Positions 14,198-21,545 of a DNA stretch of 32,000 nucleotides are shown one piece after another. How positions within the stretch are numbered: position 1 is the first letter of the stretch; every line of letters begins with the position of its first letter. The DNA is taken from positions 6,480,001 through 6,512,000 of the forward strand of contig NZ_CP074694.1 in the NCBI RefSeq assembly GCF_018398935.1. The letters are read 5' to 3'. A model generated the notes under the pieces. It was not told the DNA's origin and searched no databases. It saw only the letters and a program-made list of their open reading frames with translations. The translations under genes were made by a program, and so were the position numbers. This stretch comes from Telmatocola sphagniphila (GTDB lineage Bacteria > Planctomycetota > Planctomycetia > Gemmatales > Gemmataceae).

Positions 14198-15220
14198 TCA
14201 AGTCAGAAGTAGGGATATGCTTCCATCCTCGCAGCCGACGAGGATTTTTTCATCACTTTTCCCCCAGGAGAGCGCAGTGATCTTGGAAGAGAGTTCGAGC
14301 GTCGCCAGAGTTCGGGAGGCCGCCCGGGGTTCCCAGAGGGCGAGTTTTCCGCCGTTGCAGCCGGAGACGAGTCGGGGGCCGCGATTCTGGAAAGCCAGAA
14401 CGGAGATGGGAAGTTCGTGATACTCGAGGCTGATCGGTTCGCTTCCGGCAGGGCCTTTGCCGGTACAGTCCCAGATGGTGACGATCTGACCACCGCCCGT
14501 GGCCAGCAGGGAACTCTTAGCCTCCCAGGAGAGTTCGCGGATCTTGATCGGATAGCCGGTCATTTCGAGATCCCGGCCATCCTTGGTGTACCAGAAATGG
14601 ACCGACGCATCCTGTGCTCCACCGGCAATCATCTTGCTGTCTGGCGACCAGGCGATTACGAGGAGGCTTCCCTTCCAGGGATAGGTCAGCGCGGGCTCGG
14701 GGCTATCTTCATTCCAAAGTGTCACGCCGCCATACGTCGCGGAGGCGAAGCCCTTGCCCTTTGGAGCCCAGACGACATCGGCGATAGTAGTTTTGGAATC
14801 CTGGAACGACTGAAGCAGTTGGCCTTGTGAATTCCAGAGTTTGATTTTCTTCCCGGCCGTGGTAAGCAGCAAATCGCTTTTGGGATGGAAGAGGACTTTT
14901 TCGCCCCAACTGGCCCCGAGCGCCAGTTCGTGCAGGCAGGCACCAGTATCGGCATTCCAGATGCGGGCTTGGCCGTCTTGACCGCAGCTGGCCAAAAGCG
15001 ATCCCTCCGCGTGCCAGCTTAGGGAACTCGCCCCGAATTCATGGCCGGACAGTTTGCGGAGAACCGAGCCGTCGGCAGGATTAAGAAGGAAGATCGCTCC
15101 GCCAATCCCGGCGGCCGCGATCAGATGCTGTCGAGGTGACCAGAGGGCCGCGACGACGTAATCTTCAATGCTGGTTTTCCAGCGGCTCTCCAATCGGCCG
15201 GGTTTCGTCGCGCTCGCCAC
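14198..15220 (-). CDS. WD40-repeat (beta-propeller) protein
   Basis: 340 aa with repeated WD-like units: LSGHEFGASSLSWHAEGSLLASCGQDGQARIWN, KIKLWN, VTLWN, ASVHFWY, IVTIWD, KLALWE. The GTG start shares its G with the TAG stop of the upstream gene (TAGTG at 15220-15222). The stop lies 9 nt before the cobB ATG. Confidence 0.85.
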   Translation of the reverse strand: MASATKPGRLESRWKTSIEDYVVAALWSPRQHLIAAAGIGGAIFLLNPADGSVLRKLSGHEFGASSLSWHAEGSLLASCGQDGQARIWNADTGACLHELALGASWGEKVLFHPKSDLLLTTAGKKIKLWNSQGQLLQSFQDSKTTIADVVWAPKGKGFASATYGGVTLWNEDSPEPALTYPWKGSLLVIAWSPDSKMIAGGAQDASVHFWYTKDGRDLEMTGYPIKIRELSWEAKSSLLATGGGQIVTIWDCTGKGPAGSEPISLEYHELPISVLAFQNRGPRLVSGCNGGKLALWEPRAASRTLATLELSSKITALSWGKSDEKILVGCEDGSISLLLT

Positions 15221-16257
15221 TATTTCTGCTCCACGATCCAGATATTGCGATAAACCACCGGGTCGCCGTGATCCTGTAACTGGATCGGGCCCGGTTTGGG
15301 GCTTTCATCCTGGCCGCCCCCAGTTGATTTGGGAATTTCCTGATTTTCCTGGATGAGGGTCCCGTTCTGGGAAACGGTCACATGCGCATTTTTGGTTTTC
15401 TTCCCGGCGGAGTCGTATTCGGCCGCTTTGAATTCGATATCGTACGTCTGCCATTGCAGCGGCGGCAGGCACATATTCACTTTCGGGGCGGCGATGGTGT
15501 AGATACCACCGCATTCATTGTTTTCGCCTTTGAGGGCAAAACTGTCGAGAACCTGAATTTCATAACGATCCTGCATGTAGACGCCGCTATTGCCCCGGCC
15601 CTGACCACTGGAACGCGGCATGTAGGGCAGTCGGAATTCGACGTGCATCTTGTAATTCGTGAAGGCTTTCTTCGTCTTCACATTTCCCGCCACTTGCAGG
15701 AATTTACCATCGGGTAACTCGGCGATTTTGCCGCCGTTCCAGTTGGCTTTCAAATCTTCCGGTTTATCGAATAAGACGAGAGCTCCTTCGGGAGGTTTGG
15801 CTCCGAGAGTGGGGGACTTCCGCTCGACCTTCTTCAATGTCAGGCTGATTTCTCCTTTTTTCAGCACTGCCTGGCCACCCGAAACGGTCCCGACCTGATT
15901 TTTTTCCCCCTTCAGATCGAAGTCTAATTCCACCTTGTCGCCGTTGGTTAGTCCAGTAATCGCCAGACTATCCTTGCCGTTCCATCCGTCGCCCGGCAGA
16001 CCATCGCGAAGAATTCGGCCCTGGAACTTGCCATCGCCTTTACTGATGAGCTGCAGGCCGACTTTCTCGGTCTTGCCGTTTTCAGTAACTTCGCCGACGT
16101 ATTCTCCCTGATTTTCAAAGTCGGGTCCGGCCTCCTTGGGTTGCAGATACGCGCGGACTTTGTCCGTTTTCTGCTTTTCCTGGGCTGTGGAGTTGGAGCT
16201 GTAAGCCATGATGGAAGCCGAAGCCAGCAGGGCCAGGCCGAAGAAGAGTCGACGCAT
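15220..16257 (-). CDS. Secreted DUF1080 / 3-keto-disaccharide hydrolase domain protein
   Basis: The C-terminal half, ...FTNYKMHVEFRLP...GNSGVYMQDRYEIQVLDS...ECGGIYTIAAP...WQTYDIEFKAA...GPIQLQDHGDPVVYRNIWIVE, fits the DUF1080 (PF06439) pattern. The signal peptide MRRLFFGLALLASASIMA starts at the internal ATG 16257, which has AAGAGG upstream. The ORF-track start 16338 adds 27 implausible residues. Confidence 0.85.
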   Translation of the reverse strand: MRRLFFGLALLASASIMAYSSNSTAQEKQKTDKVRAYLQPKEAGPDFENQGEYVGEVTENGKTEKVGLQLISKGDGKFQGRILRDGLPGDGWNGKDSLAITGLTNGDKVELDFDLKGEKNQVGTVSGGQAVLKKGEISLTLKKVERKSPTLGAKPPEGALVLFDKPEDLKANWNGGKIAELPDGKFLQVAGNVKTKKAFTNYKMHVEFRLPYMPRSSGQGRGNSGVYMQDRYEIQVLDSFALKGENNECGGIYTIAAPKVNMCLPPLQWQTYDIEFKAAEYDSAGKKTKNAHVTVSQNGTLIQENQEIPKSTGGGQDESPKPGPIQLQDHGDPVVYRNIWIVEQK

Positions 16258-16470
16258 GGAATTTACCTCTTGGAATGGAGAGTTCGGGTGGGAATCATCA
16301 GAAAGGTATGTTCCAAAGATTGAATCCGAAGTCAACAATCAAAAATGGTTCCCAAGCGGTTTATCTCGGGCCGCGGAAGACAAAAATGGGAGGGAATCAG
16401 CTCGATTAACGGGTGTTTGGCGAGGAGTTGAATTAAGGTGCAGCCGGCTTAACGGAAGGGAAAAGTCGGT

Positions 16471-16680
16471 CTAATTGGGGGTATCGGCCGAATGAATCAC
16501 TTTGATATTGGGAGCTTCGGAAGCTCGAATAGCGTCCATAACTTCCTGGCGATGCACCGGGACATCCTTGGGGGCAACGATACCGAGTCTCACCTTATCG
16601 CCGCGAATTTCGATCACGGTGACGGTGATTTCGTTGTTGATGACGATGCTTTCGTTCTTCTTCCTGGACAGGACGAGCAT
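16471..16680 (-). CDS. csrA: Carbon storage regulator CsrA/RsmA family RNA-binding protein
   Basis: MLVLSRKKNESIVINNEITVTVIEIRGDKVRLGIVAPKDVPVHRQEV is the CsrA family signature. The ATG at 16680 has AAGGAG 8 nt upstream (69 aa). The ORF-track 100-aa version adds a non-homologous N-terminus. Confidence 0.93.
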   Translation of the reverse strand: MLVLSRKKNESIVINNEITVTVIEIRGDKVRLGIVAPKDVPVHRQEVMDAIRASEAPNIKVIHSADTPN

Positions 16681-16830
16681 GGTCCCGTCTCCTTTGGTTC
16701 GCCGAGCAAGACCGCCGGTCCACAACTTTCGAAAGCAAACCAAAATTTCGAAAGCGGTTTTAGCTGATTCCACAGCTTTTCCACAGCGGCTTATATTCAG
16801 TGCGGACTATTCATCCGTAATGTGTCGATG
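16681..16830 (-). promoter_or_regulatory. GGA-rich structured 5' leader of csrA (candidate autoregulatory CsrA-binding region)
   Basis: The minus-strand leader has six GGA triplets. Two lie in a tandem GCUGUGGAA repeat, and one sits in the loop of AGCUG-UGGAAU-CAGCU (+16762-16777). Two overlap the SD (AAAGGAGACGGGACCAUG). There are also two copies of the self-complementary TTTCGAAA core (16726-16735, 16746-16753). Confidence 0.45.
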
Positions 16831-17164
16831 AAAGAGGAGTTCTCTTTTAGCTACAGCATTATAGTTCATATCTGAAACTTTACCAAATCTTTCAGCTGTA
16901 ATAACAAACCCAATTAATAGTATTCGGAACTGCAAAAAATGAGAAAAACCTCGAATTTTCAACTTTTCCTCCACTAAGTGGACGAATGAACAGCGAATTT
17001 AGTTCACTTCCCCAATAAATTTTCAACAATTAATTTCGCGTCACTTTAATGAATCGCCGCGGTTCACCCGCCCAATTCAAAAGAGCAGGCCAACTATTGT
17101 TCTGTTCGTTTTTTAATAATGTACATTTGAACCGTCGAAATCAAATGTCGGTTGTGAGGGGAAA

Positions 17165-18997
17165 TCAGATCAAGTTGTGTAAGGGTTGTCCCGAGGTTGC
17201 CAGGGAGTTGACTTTTCGCGTGACCGCCGGGTCCTCAATCAGAGGGGGAGCGTGGTGCGGCTTGATCCGCGCGTCGATGATCAACGGCCCGCTACAGCCC
17301 CAATGTTTCTGTTCGAGAAACTCGCCGATTCCATGGAGGTCCGCGGCCGGGTTGGTTCGGGTGAAAGTGACCCAGAGCCAGTTGTTCAAACATTGGCTGG
17401 AGAAATCGCTATCGTCCACAATTGTCAGGATTGGGCAGGTTTCCGAACCCGGAAAATTGGAGAACTCCGGGAACGGCTTACCCGGTTCGAAGCGCGGGCC
17501 GCGCACAGCCACGATGCCCGACAGCACCAGGCGCGGATCGGTAAAATCGGCGGGAAGTCTCAAACCTGCTGGAACTTGCGTGCAGAGTTGGCGTCGCACC
17601 GGCCCGGCCGCGGCCATCACCACTTTGGAACCTTCGTTCAAGCCGCTTCCGGAATAATCGAGAGTATCAATAGTTGTTCGAGTCTGGAAATGAAGGTCGT
17701 TTTTCCAGTCGATCCGCTGCAAAAGATGCGCAAGAAAAGCCGGGATATCGTGGATGTCCAAATTTTCATCATCTTCGCGGGCCACGATGAGTAAGAATTT
17801 GGCCAGCGAGAGTTGCCCTAGCCCAAGTACAGCATTGGCCGTGGTGAGCAACTCCTGAGGTTTACGCTTGCGAGCATAGGGCACATATCGTTCGCTGCCG
17901 ATGGCTAACAGCAGAGGATGAACTCCAGCCGCATCCACGGCATGTACGGCTTTTATTCCCGGGATTACTGTGGGGATGATAGGTCCTGTCAGTTCGTGGA
18001 TGAATTCCCCAAAGGAAGTATCCTCTTGAGGGGGTCGGCCCACGACAGTAAAGGGCCAAATGGCATCGCGACGGTGATAGACCGTTTCGACATCCAGGCA
18101 GGGAAAATCGTGTCGCAGGCTGTAATAGCCCAGGTGGTCCCCAAAAGGGCCTTCCGGCTTGGTTTTGGAAGTATCGATAACGCCCAGAATCGCAAAATCG
18201 ACGTCGGCCGGGACGGTGTACACTAAGCCAGGATATTTCCGCGAGGGGATTTTTACCAGCCGTATAGCCCGCCCTCCCAAAGCCCCCGCGAAGGTCAATT
18301 CCGGTAATCCTTCGGGCAACGGCATGACAGCTGAGACCGTCAGACTGGGAGGGCCCCCTACCAGAACCGCCACGGGAAGCCGCTTCCCAGCCTGGATGGC
18401 ATGAGCATGATGCACCCCGATGCCCCGGTGAATCTGATAGTGGATGCCAATTTCCTGGTCGGGAAGATATTCGTTCCCGGAGAGCTGAACCCGGTACATT
18501 CCCAGGTTCGATTTCTGCCAGCCGGGCTTGTGCGGATCTTCCGTGAGAACCAGGGGCAAAGTGACAAACGCTCCGCCGTCGTTGGGCCAGCAGACCAATT
18601 GCGGGAGCTCGGAGACTCGGCACTGGTTAGCGAGTATGGCCCCGTTTGATCGGGTTCGGGGCAACATCTTTAAAGCGGTGAAGGGAGCCCGGCGGAAACG
18701 CCAAAGGTTCCGCATCACCTGACTGGGATCGGCCTTGATTTCGATCAGTTGGCGGACGGAATCGAGAGTGTCGCGAAAGAGAAAACGAGTTCGTTCCAGA
18801 GTTCCGAACAAGTTGGCGAGCATCGGAAACCGACAGCCCTTGACCCGCGTGAAGAGTACGGCGGGGCCCGACCGGGCGTACAATCGACGCTGAATTTCCG
18901 CAATTTCCAGATAGGGATCGACTTCGCAATCAATCCGTACCAGTTGCTTATGCCGTTCCAAGTCGCGGACGCATTCGATTAAATTTCGGTAGGCCAT
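17165..18997 (-). CDS. UbiD-family (prenylated-FMN dependent) decarboxylase, ~610-aa long form, possibly menaquinone-related
   Basis: 610 aa. The N-terminus YRNLIECVRDLERHKQLVRIDCEVDPYLEIAEIQRRL resembles the UbiD N-terminus, and there is family-like sequence throughout (...GGAFVTLPLVLT...GMYRVQL...HYQIHRGIGVHH...). The specific substrate cannot be inferred. Confidence 0.85.
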   Translation of the reverse strand: MAYRNLIECVRDLERHKQLVRIDCEVDPYLEIAEIQRRLYARSGPAVLFTRVKGCRFPMLANLFGTLERTRFLFRDTLDSVRQLIEIKADPSQVMRNLWRFRRAPFTALKMLPRTRSNGAILANQCRVSELPQLVCWPNDGGAFVTLPLVLTEDPHKPGWQKSNLGMYRVQLSGNEYLPDQEIGIHYQIHRGIGVHHAHAIQAGKRLPVAVLVGGPPSLTVSAVMPLPEGLPELTFAGALGGRAIRLVKIPSRKYPGLVYTVPADVDFAILGVIDTSKTKPEGPFGDHLGYYSLRHDFPCLDVETVYHRRDAIWPFTVVGRPPQEDTSFGEFIHELTGPIIPTVIPGIKAVHAVDAAGVHPLLLAIGSERYVPYARKRKPQELLTTANAVLGLGQLSLAKFLLIVAREDDENLDIHDIPAFLAHLLQRIDWKNDLHFQTRTTIDTLDYSGSGLNEGSKVVMAAAGPVRRQLCTQVPAGLRLPADFTDPRLVLSGIVAVRGPRFEPGKPFPEFSNFPGSETCPILTIVDDSDFSSQCLNNWLWVTFTRTNPAADLHGIGEFLEQKHWGCSGPLIIDARIKPHHAPPLIEDPAVTRKVNSLATSGQPLHNLI

Positions 18998-19057
18998 AGC
19001 TAAATGAACCGAACCTGGAACTTGGAAATAACTCTCACATTACGAATCGACGTCGGC

Positions 19058-19083
19058 GATAGGAGGGGAGACACCCTCCTATC
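19058..19083 (-). other. Perfect 10-bp G/C-rich hairpin between the hypothetical gene and the UbiD-family gene
   Basis: gataggaggg-gagaca-ccctcctatc is perfectly complementary. The flanking cggcgat/atcgccg can extend it. No U-tract follows on either strand. Confidence 0.4.
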
Positions 19084-19100
19084 ATCCGATCGCCGGGGCA

Positions 19101-19922
19101 TTATTCCAGATTCAGACTGAGTAACACCTTTTCGAACCGGCCCCAAGGGATCGGCTTGATCGGCAAGCTCGCCGTACGGTCATCGAGTGCCAGATCCAGC
19201 AGGTACATCGTCTCCTCGTAGGTCACCCGCTTGCCTTCCGCCCGCATCAAGGAGATCCGCTCCTGCTCGGCATCGAATCTCAGGGCCATTTGCATCAGAG
19301 TCAAAATTCGGGCCCCTTCGTTACTGTGCTCTACCTTCACCATACGGACGTCTTTCCAGTCCCGGAACATCAGAAGGTGTTTCTTCCGGATCAGGATGAT
19401 GGAAATCGGCTGGTGCCGCGAGAGTTCCTTGGGCTCGCAGCAGGGAGCCATGACGTAAAGGTCATGCTCGAAAGGAGCGTTGGCGGTTCGATCGCACACA
19501 AAACCGGTGAGGGTTTCCAAAAGGTAGGAACCTTCGATTCCTTCCATGGAGATGATCGTATTTGTCGGCGTTACCGACTTGGCCCGATGCAGCAGGATAT
19601 CGGCCAAGTGCCCGTTGGGGATGACTCGCCGCATCTCGGCCTGACCCAGAGCCCGGATTCGGACGACATCGGGTACCTCCCGAATCGAGCCATCGTTGGG
19701 GTTGATGACTTCGCGGGTTTCCACCTGATGCAGATGAATGACCACCGTATCGCGAGCGTCGCCGTGTATGACGCTCAGGCGTTCTTTGCGTCTTCGCCAG
19801 CGGCCGACGAGAAATGTCAGGCCACCCCCAAGAATCATCCCCGTAATTGTCCCAATACCACGACCGCCAAATTCATGGAGAATATTGGCAACCATGCGTG
19901 CAATCCTTGATGCATTGAGCAT
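19101..19922 (-). CDS. Hypothetical single-pass membrane protein (no domain recognised)
   Basis: The ORF-track 331 aa has an A+T-rich, implausible first 58 codons. The ATG at 19922 gives MLNASRIARMVANILHEFGGRGIGTITGMILGGGLTFLVGRWRRRKER (TM helix followed by a basic patch), then a ~220-aa soluble region with no motif I recognise. Confidence 0.6.
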   Translation of the reverse strand: MLNASRIARMVANILHEFGGRGIGTITGMILGGGLTFLVGRWRRRKERLSVIHGDARDTVVIHLHQVETREVINPNDGSIREVPDVVRIRALGQAEMRRVIPNGHLADILLHRAKSVTPTNTIISMEGIEGSYLLETLTGFVCDRTANAPFEHDLYVMAPCCEPKELSRHQPISIILIRKKHLLMFRDWKDVRMVKVEHSNEGARILTLMQMALRFDAEQERISLMRAEGKRVTYEETMYLLDLALDDRTASLPIKPIPWGRFEKVLLSLNLE

Positions 19923-20368
19923 CTCAAAAGTTTGGGCGTACAAGTAATTCGTCCTGCAAAGACTGTTATTTTTTGTAGCCGGGTGAAAAACCGGGTGCAG
20001 GCTCGGAAAAGAAATCGAGAAATTTAAGTTAGACTGTTGTGAGAGTGTCGTTAAGTGAAGTTCATGAGATAGTCTGAGTGAATGCCGAGTAATCACCTAC
20101 AAAATACACGCCAAATTCATTTTTCTTTAATTTAGAGACCGGAAATTCCGGAAAAAGCTGAAATATTCGTCCATCTATTCCTTTGAGAGTTGTTTCCGGT
20201 ATCCATCCGCACGGGTGCTTTTGTAAAAACTTCACTGGGAATTGGGTTGCTGGGTCTTGGCTGCGGCCTTCCAAAAGGGTAAAAATGGTAATTCCTCTGG
20301 TGGGTCTGGATTTGGCCAGCTGATGTGTATGGACACATACCTGCGACAGAGGTTGAGGTTACCCTCCT

Positions 20369-21481
20369 ATGGCGCGACGCAGCGCCGACGCCGCTTTGCT
20401 TAACGGCAAAGTCCATTTAAACGGGAAATCGACTCCCGGTGTTCGTCGGTCGGATCGCTTTCTGACCTCTTTGGCGAAAGCCAAGCAGGTGACTTTTATA
20501 TCTCACGTGCATCCGGACCCGGATAGTCTCGGCAGCATGCTGGGATTGGCGCATCTGGTAGAACGAAAACTTCAACTTCCCACACGCATCACTCGCGATG
20601 GAATTGTGAGCCGGGCCGAGAATAAGGCCATGGTCGAACTGCTCAATCTGGAACTGCTGCCGGTAGAAAAAATTCACTGGAAAGCCGGCGACGCCGTCGT
20701 GATGGTGGATAGCCAGCCGAACACCGGCCGTCACAGCATCGGTAAAGACGCCCCCTTGAAAGCCGTGATCGATCACCACGAAACGGGTGGCGATCTCAAG
20801 GGAATTCCTTTTCACGATATTCGTCCCCATATTGGGGCCACCTGCACCTTAGTGACAAAATATCTGCTGGAACAGGAAATCGATGTTCCGGATCGCGTGG
20901 CCACGGCTCTGCTGTACGGCATCGAAACGGAAGTCTGCGGCTTTCCGCGCGAAGCCACCCCTTGCGACGATGGGGCTTTGCAATTTTTGTATCCCCTGGC
21001 CGAGAAGAATCTGCTGGCGCAGATTCGCAATGCTCGTTTGCCGCACAGCCACTTCGAATGTTTGCTGCAAGCGCTGCAAAGCTCCTTCATTTACGACCGG
21101 CTGATTATCAGCTGGGTCAACGATCTCCCACAGCCGGAACAGGCCGCCGAAGTCGTCGACTTCATGGTCCGTTTCGAGAAGGTCGACTGGGCCGTCTGCG
21201 GCGGTGTCTGGGAAAATAAGCTGATTCTTTCCGTTCGGACGTCCTTGCATGGAGCCCAGGCGGGCGAGATGCTGCAGCGTGTGGTCGGTCGAATGGGGAA
21301 AGCGGGCGGGCACGATCGCCGGGCCGGGGGCTGCATTCGTTTGCGGAACGATTCCGAGAACGCACTCGATGAAGTGCAGGCCCGACTGCGAAAACGCTTT
21401 CTGAAAGAACTCGATATCGATGAGCAACGGGGTCAGCGATTAGTGCCGCTCCGGGCCATGCTGGAAAATCTGCAAGCTTAA
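20369..21481 (+). CDS. DHH/DHHA1 family phosphoesterase (NrnA-like)
   Basis: 370 aa. Motifs HVHPDPDSLGS, VMVDSQP, IDHHE (DHH) and C-terminal GKAGGHDRRAGG (DHHA1 GGH-type). Confidence 0.85.
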   Translation: MARRSADAALLNGKVHLNGKSTPGVRRSDRFLTSLAKAKQVTFISHVHPDPDSLGSMLGLAHLVERKLQLPTRITRDGIVSRAENKAMVELLNLELLPVEKIHWKAGDAVVMVDSQPNTGRHSIGKDAPLKAVIDHHETGGDLKGIPFHDIRPHIGATCTLVTKYLLEQEIDVPDRVATALLYGIETEVCGFPREATPCDDGALQFLYPLAEKNLLAQIRNARLPHSHFECLLQALQSSFIYDRLIISWVNDLPQPEQAAEVVDFMVRFEKVDWAVCGGVWENKLILSVRTSLHGAQAGEMLQRVVGRMGKAGGHDRRAGGCIRLRNDSENALDEVQARLRKRFLKELDIDEQRGQRLVPLRAMLENLQA

Positions 21482-21507
21482 GTCTCGGTACTTTCCTGTC
21501 CCGAGAC
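21482..21507. terminator. Hairpin between convergent genes (weak terminator candidate)
   Basis: gtctcgg-N12-ccgagac, a perfect 7-bp stem directly after the DHH stop and 39 nt from the convergent sigma-gene stop. No clear U-tract. Confidence 0.3.
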
Positions 21508-21545
21508 CAATTCCAATTAAACCAAATGAAGTTTTCAGCCCGTTG

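Noticed and set aside
13427-15220. Sir2-domain protein next to a WD40 protein as a possible Sir2-type anti-phage defence module
   Set aside because: The Sir2 protein is a short canonical CobB-type sirtuin with an intact NAD pocket and Zn ribbon and no effector or sensor fusion. It is embedded in a housekeeping block (folD, ribosomal genes). There are no mobile-element or island signatures.
20139-20151. Palindrome CCGGAAATTCCGG, possibly related to AGGAAAATTTCCT at 29049-29061, as a shared operator motif
   Set aside because: There are only two instances, with different spacing and flanks. A GGAA/TTCC core is too short to distinguish from chance without a genome-wide count.
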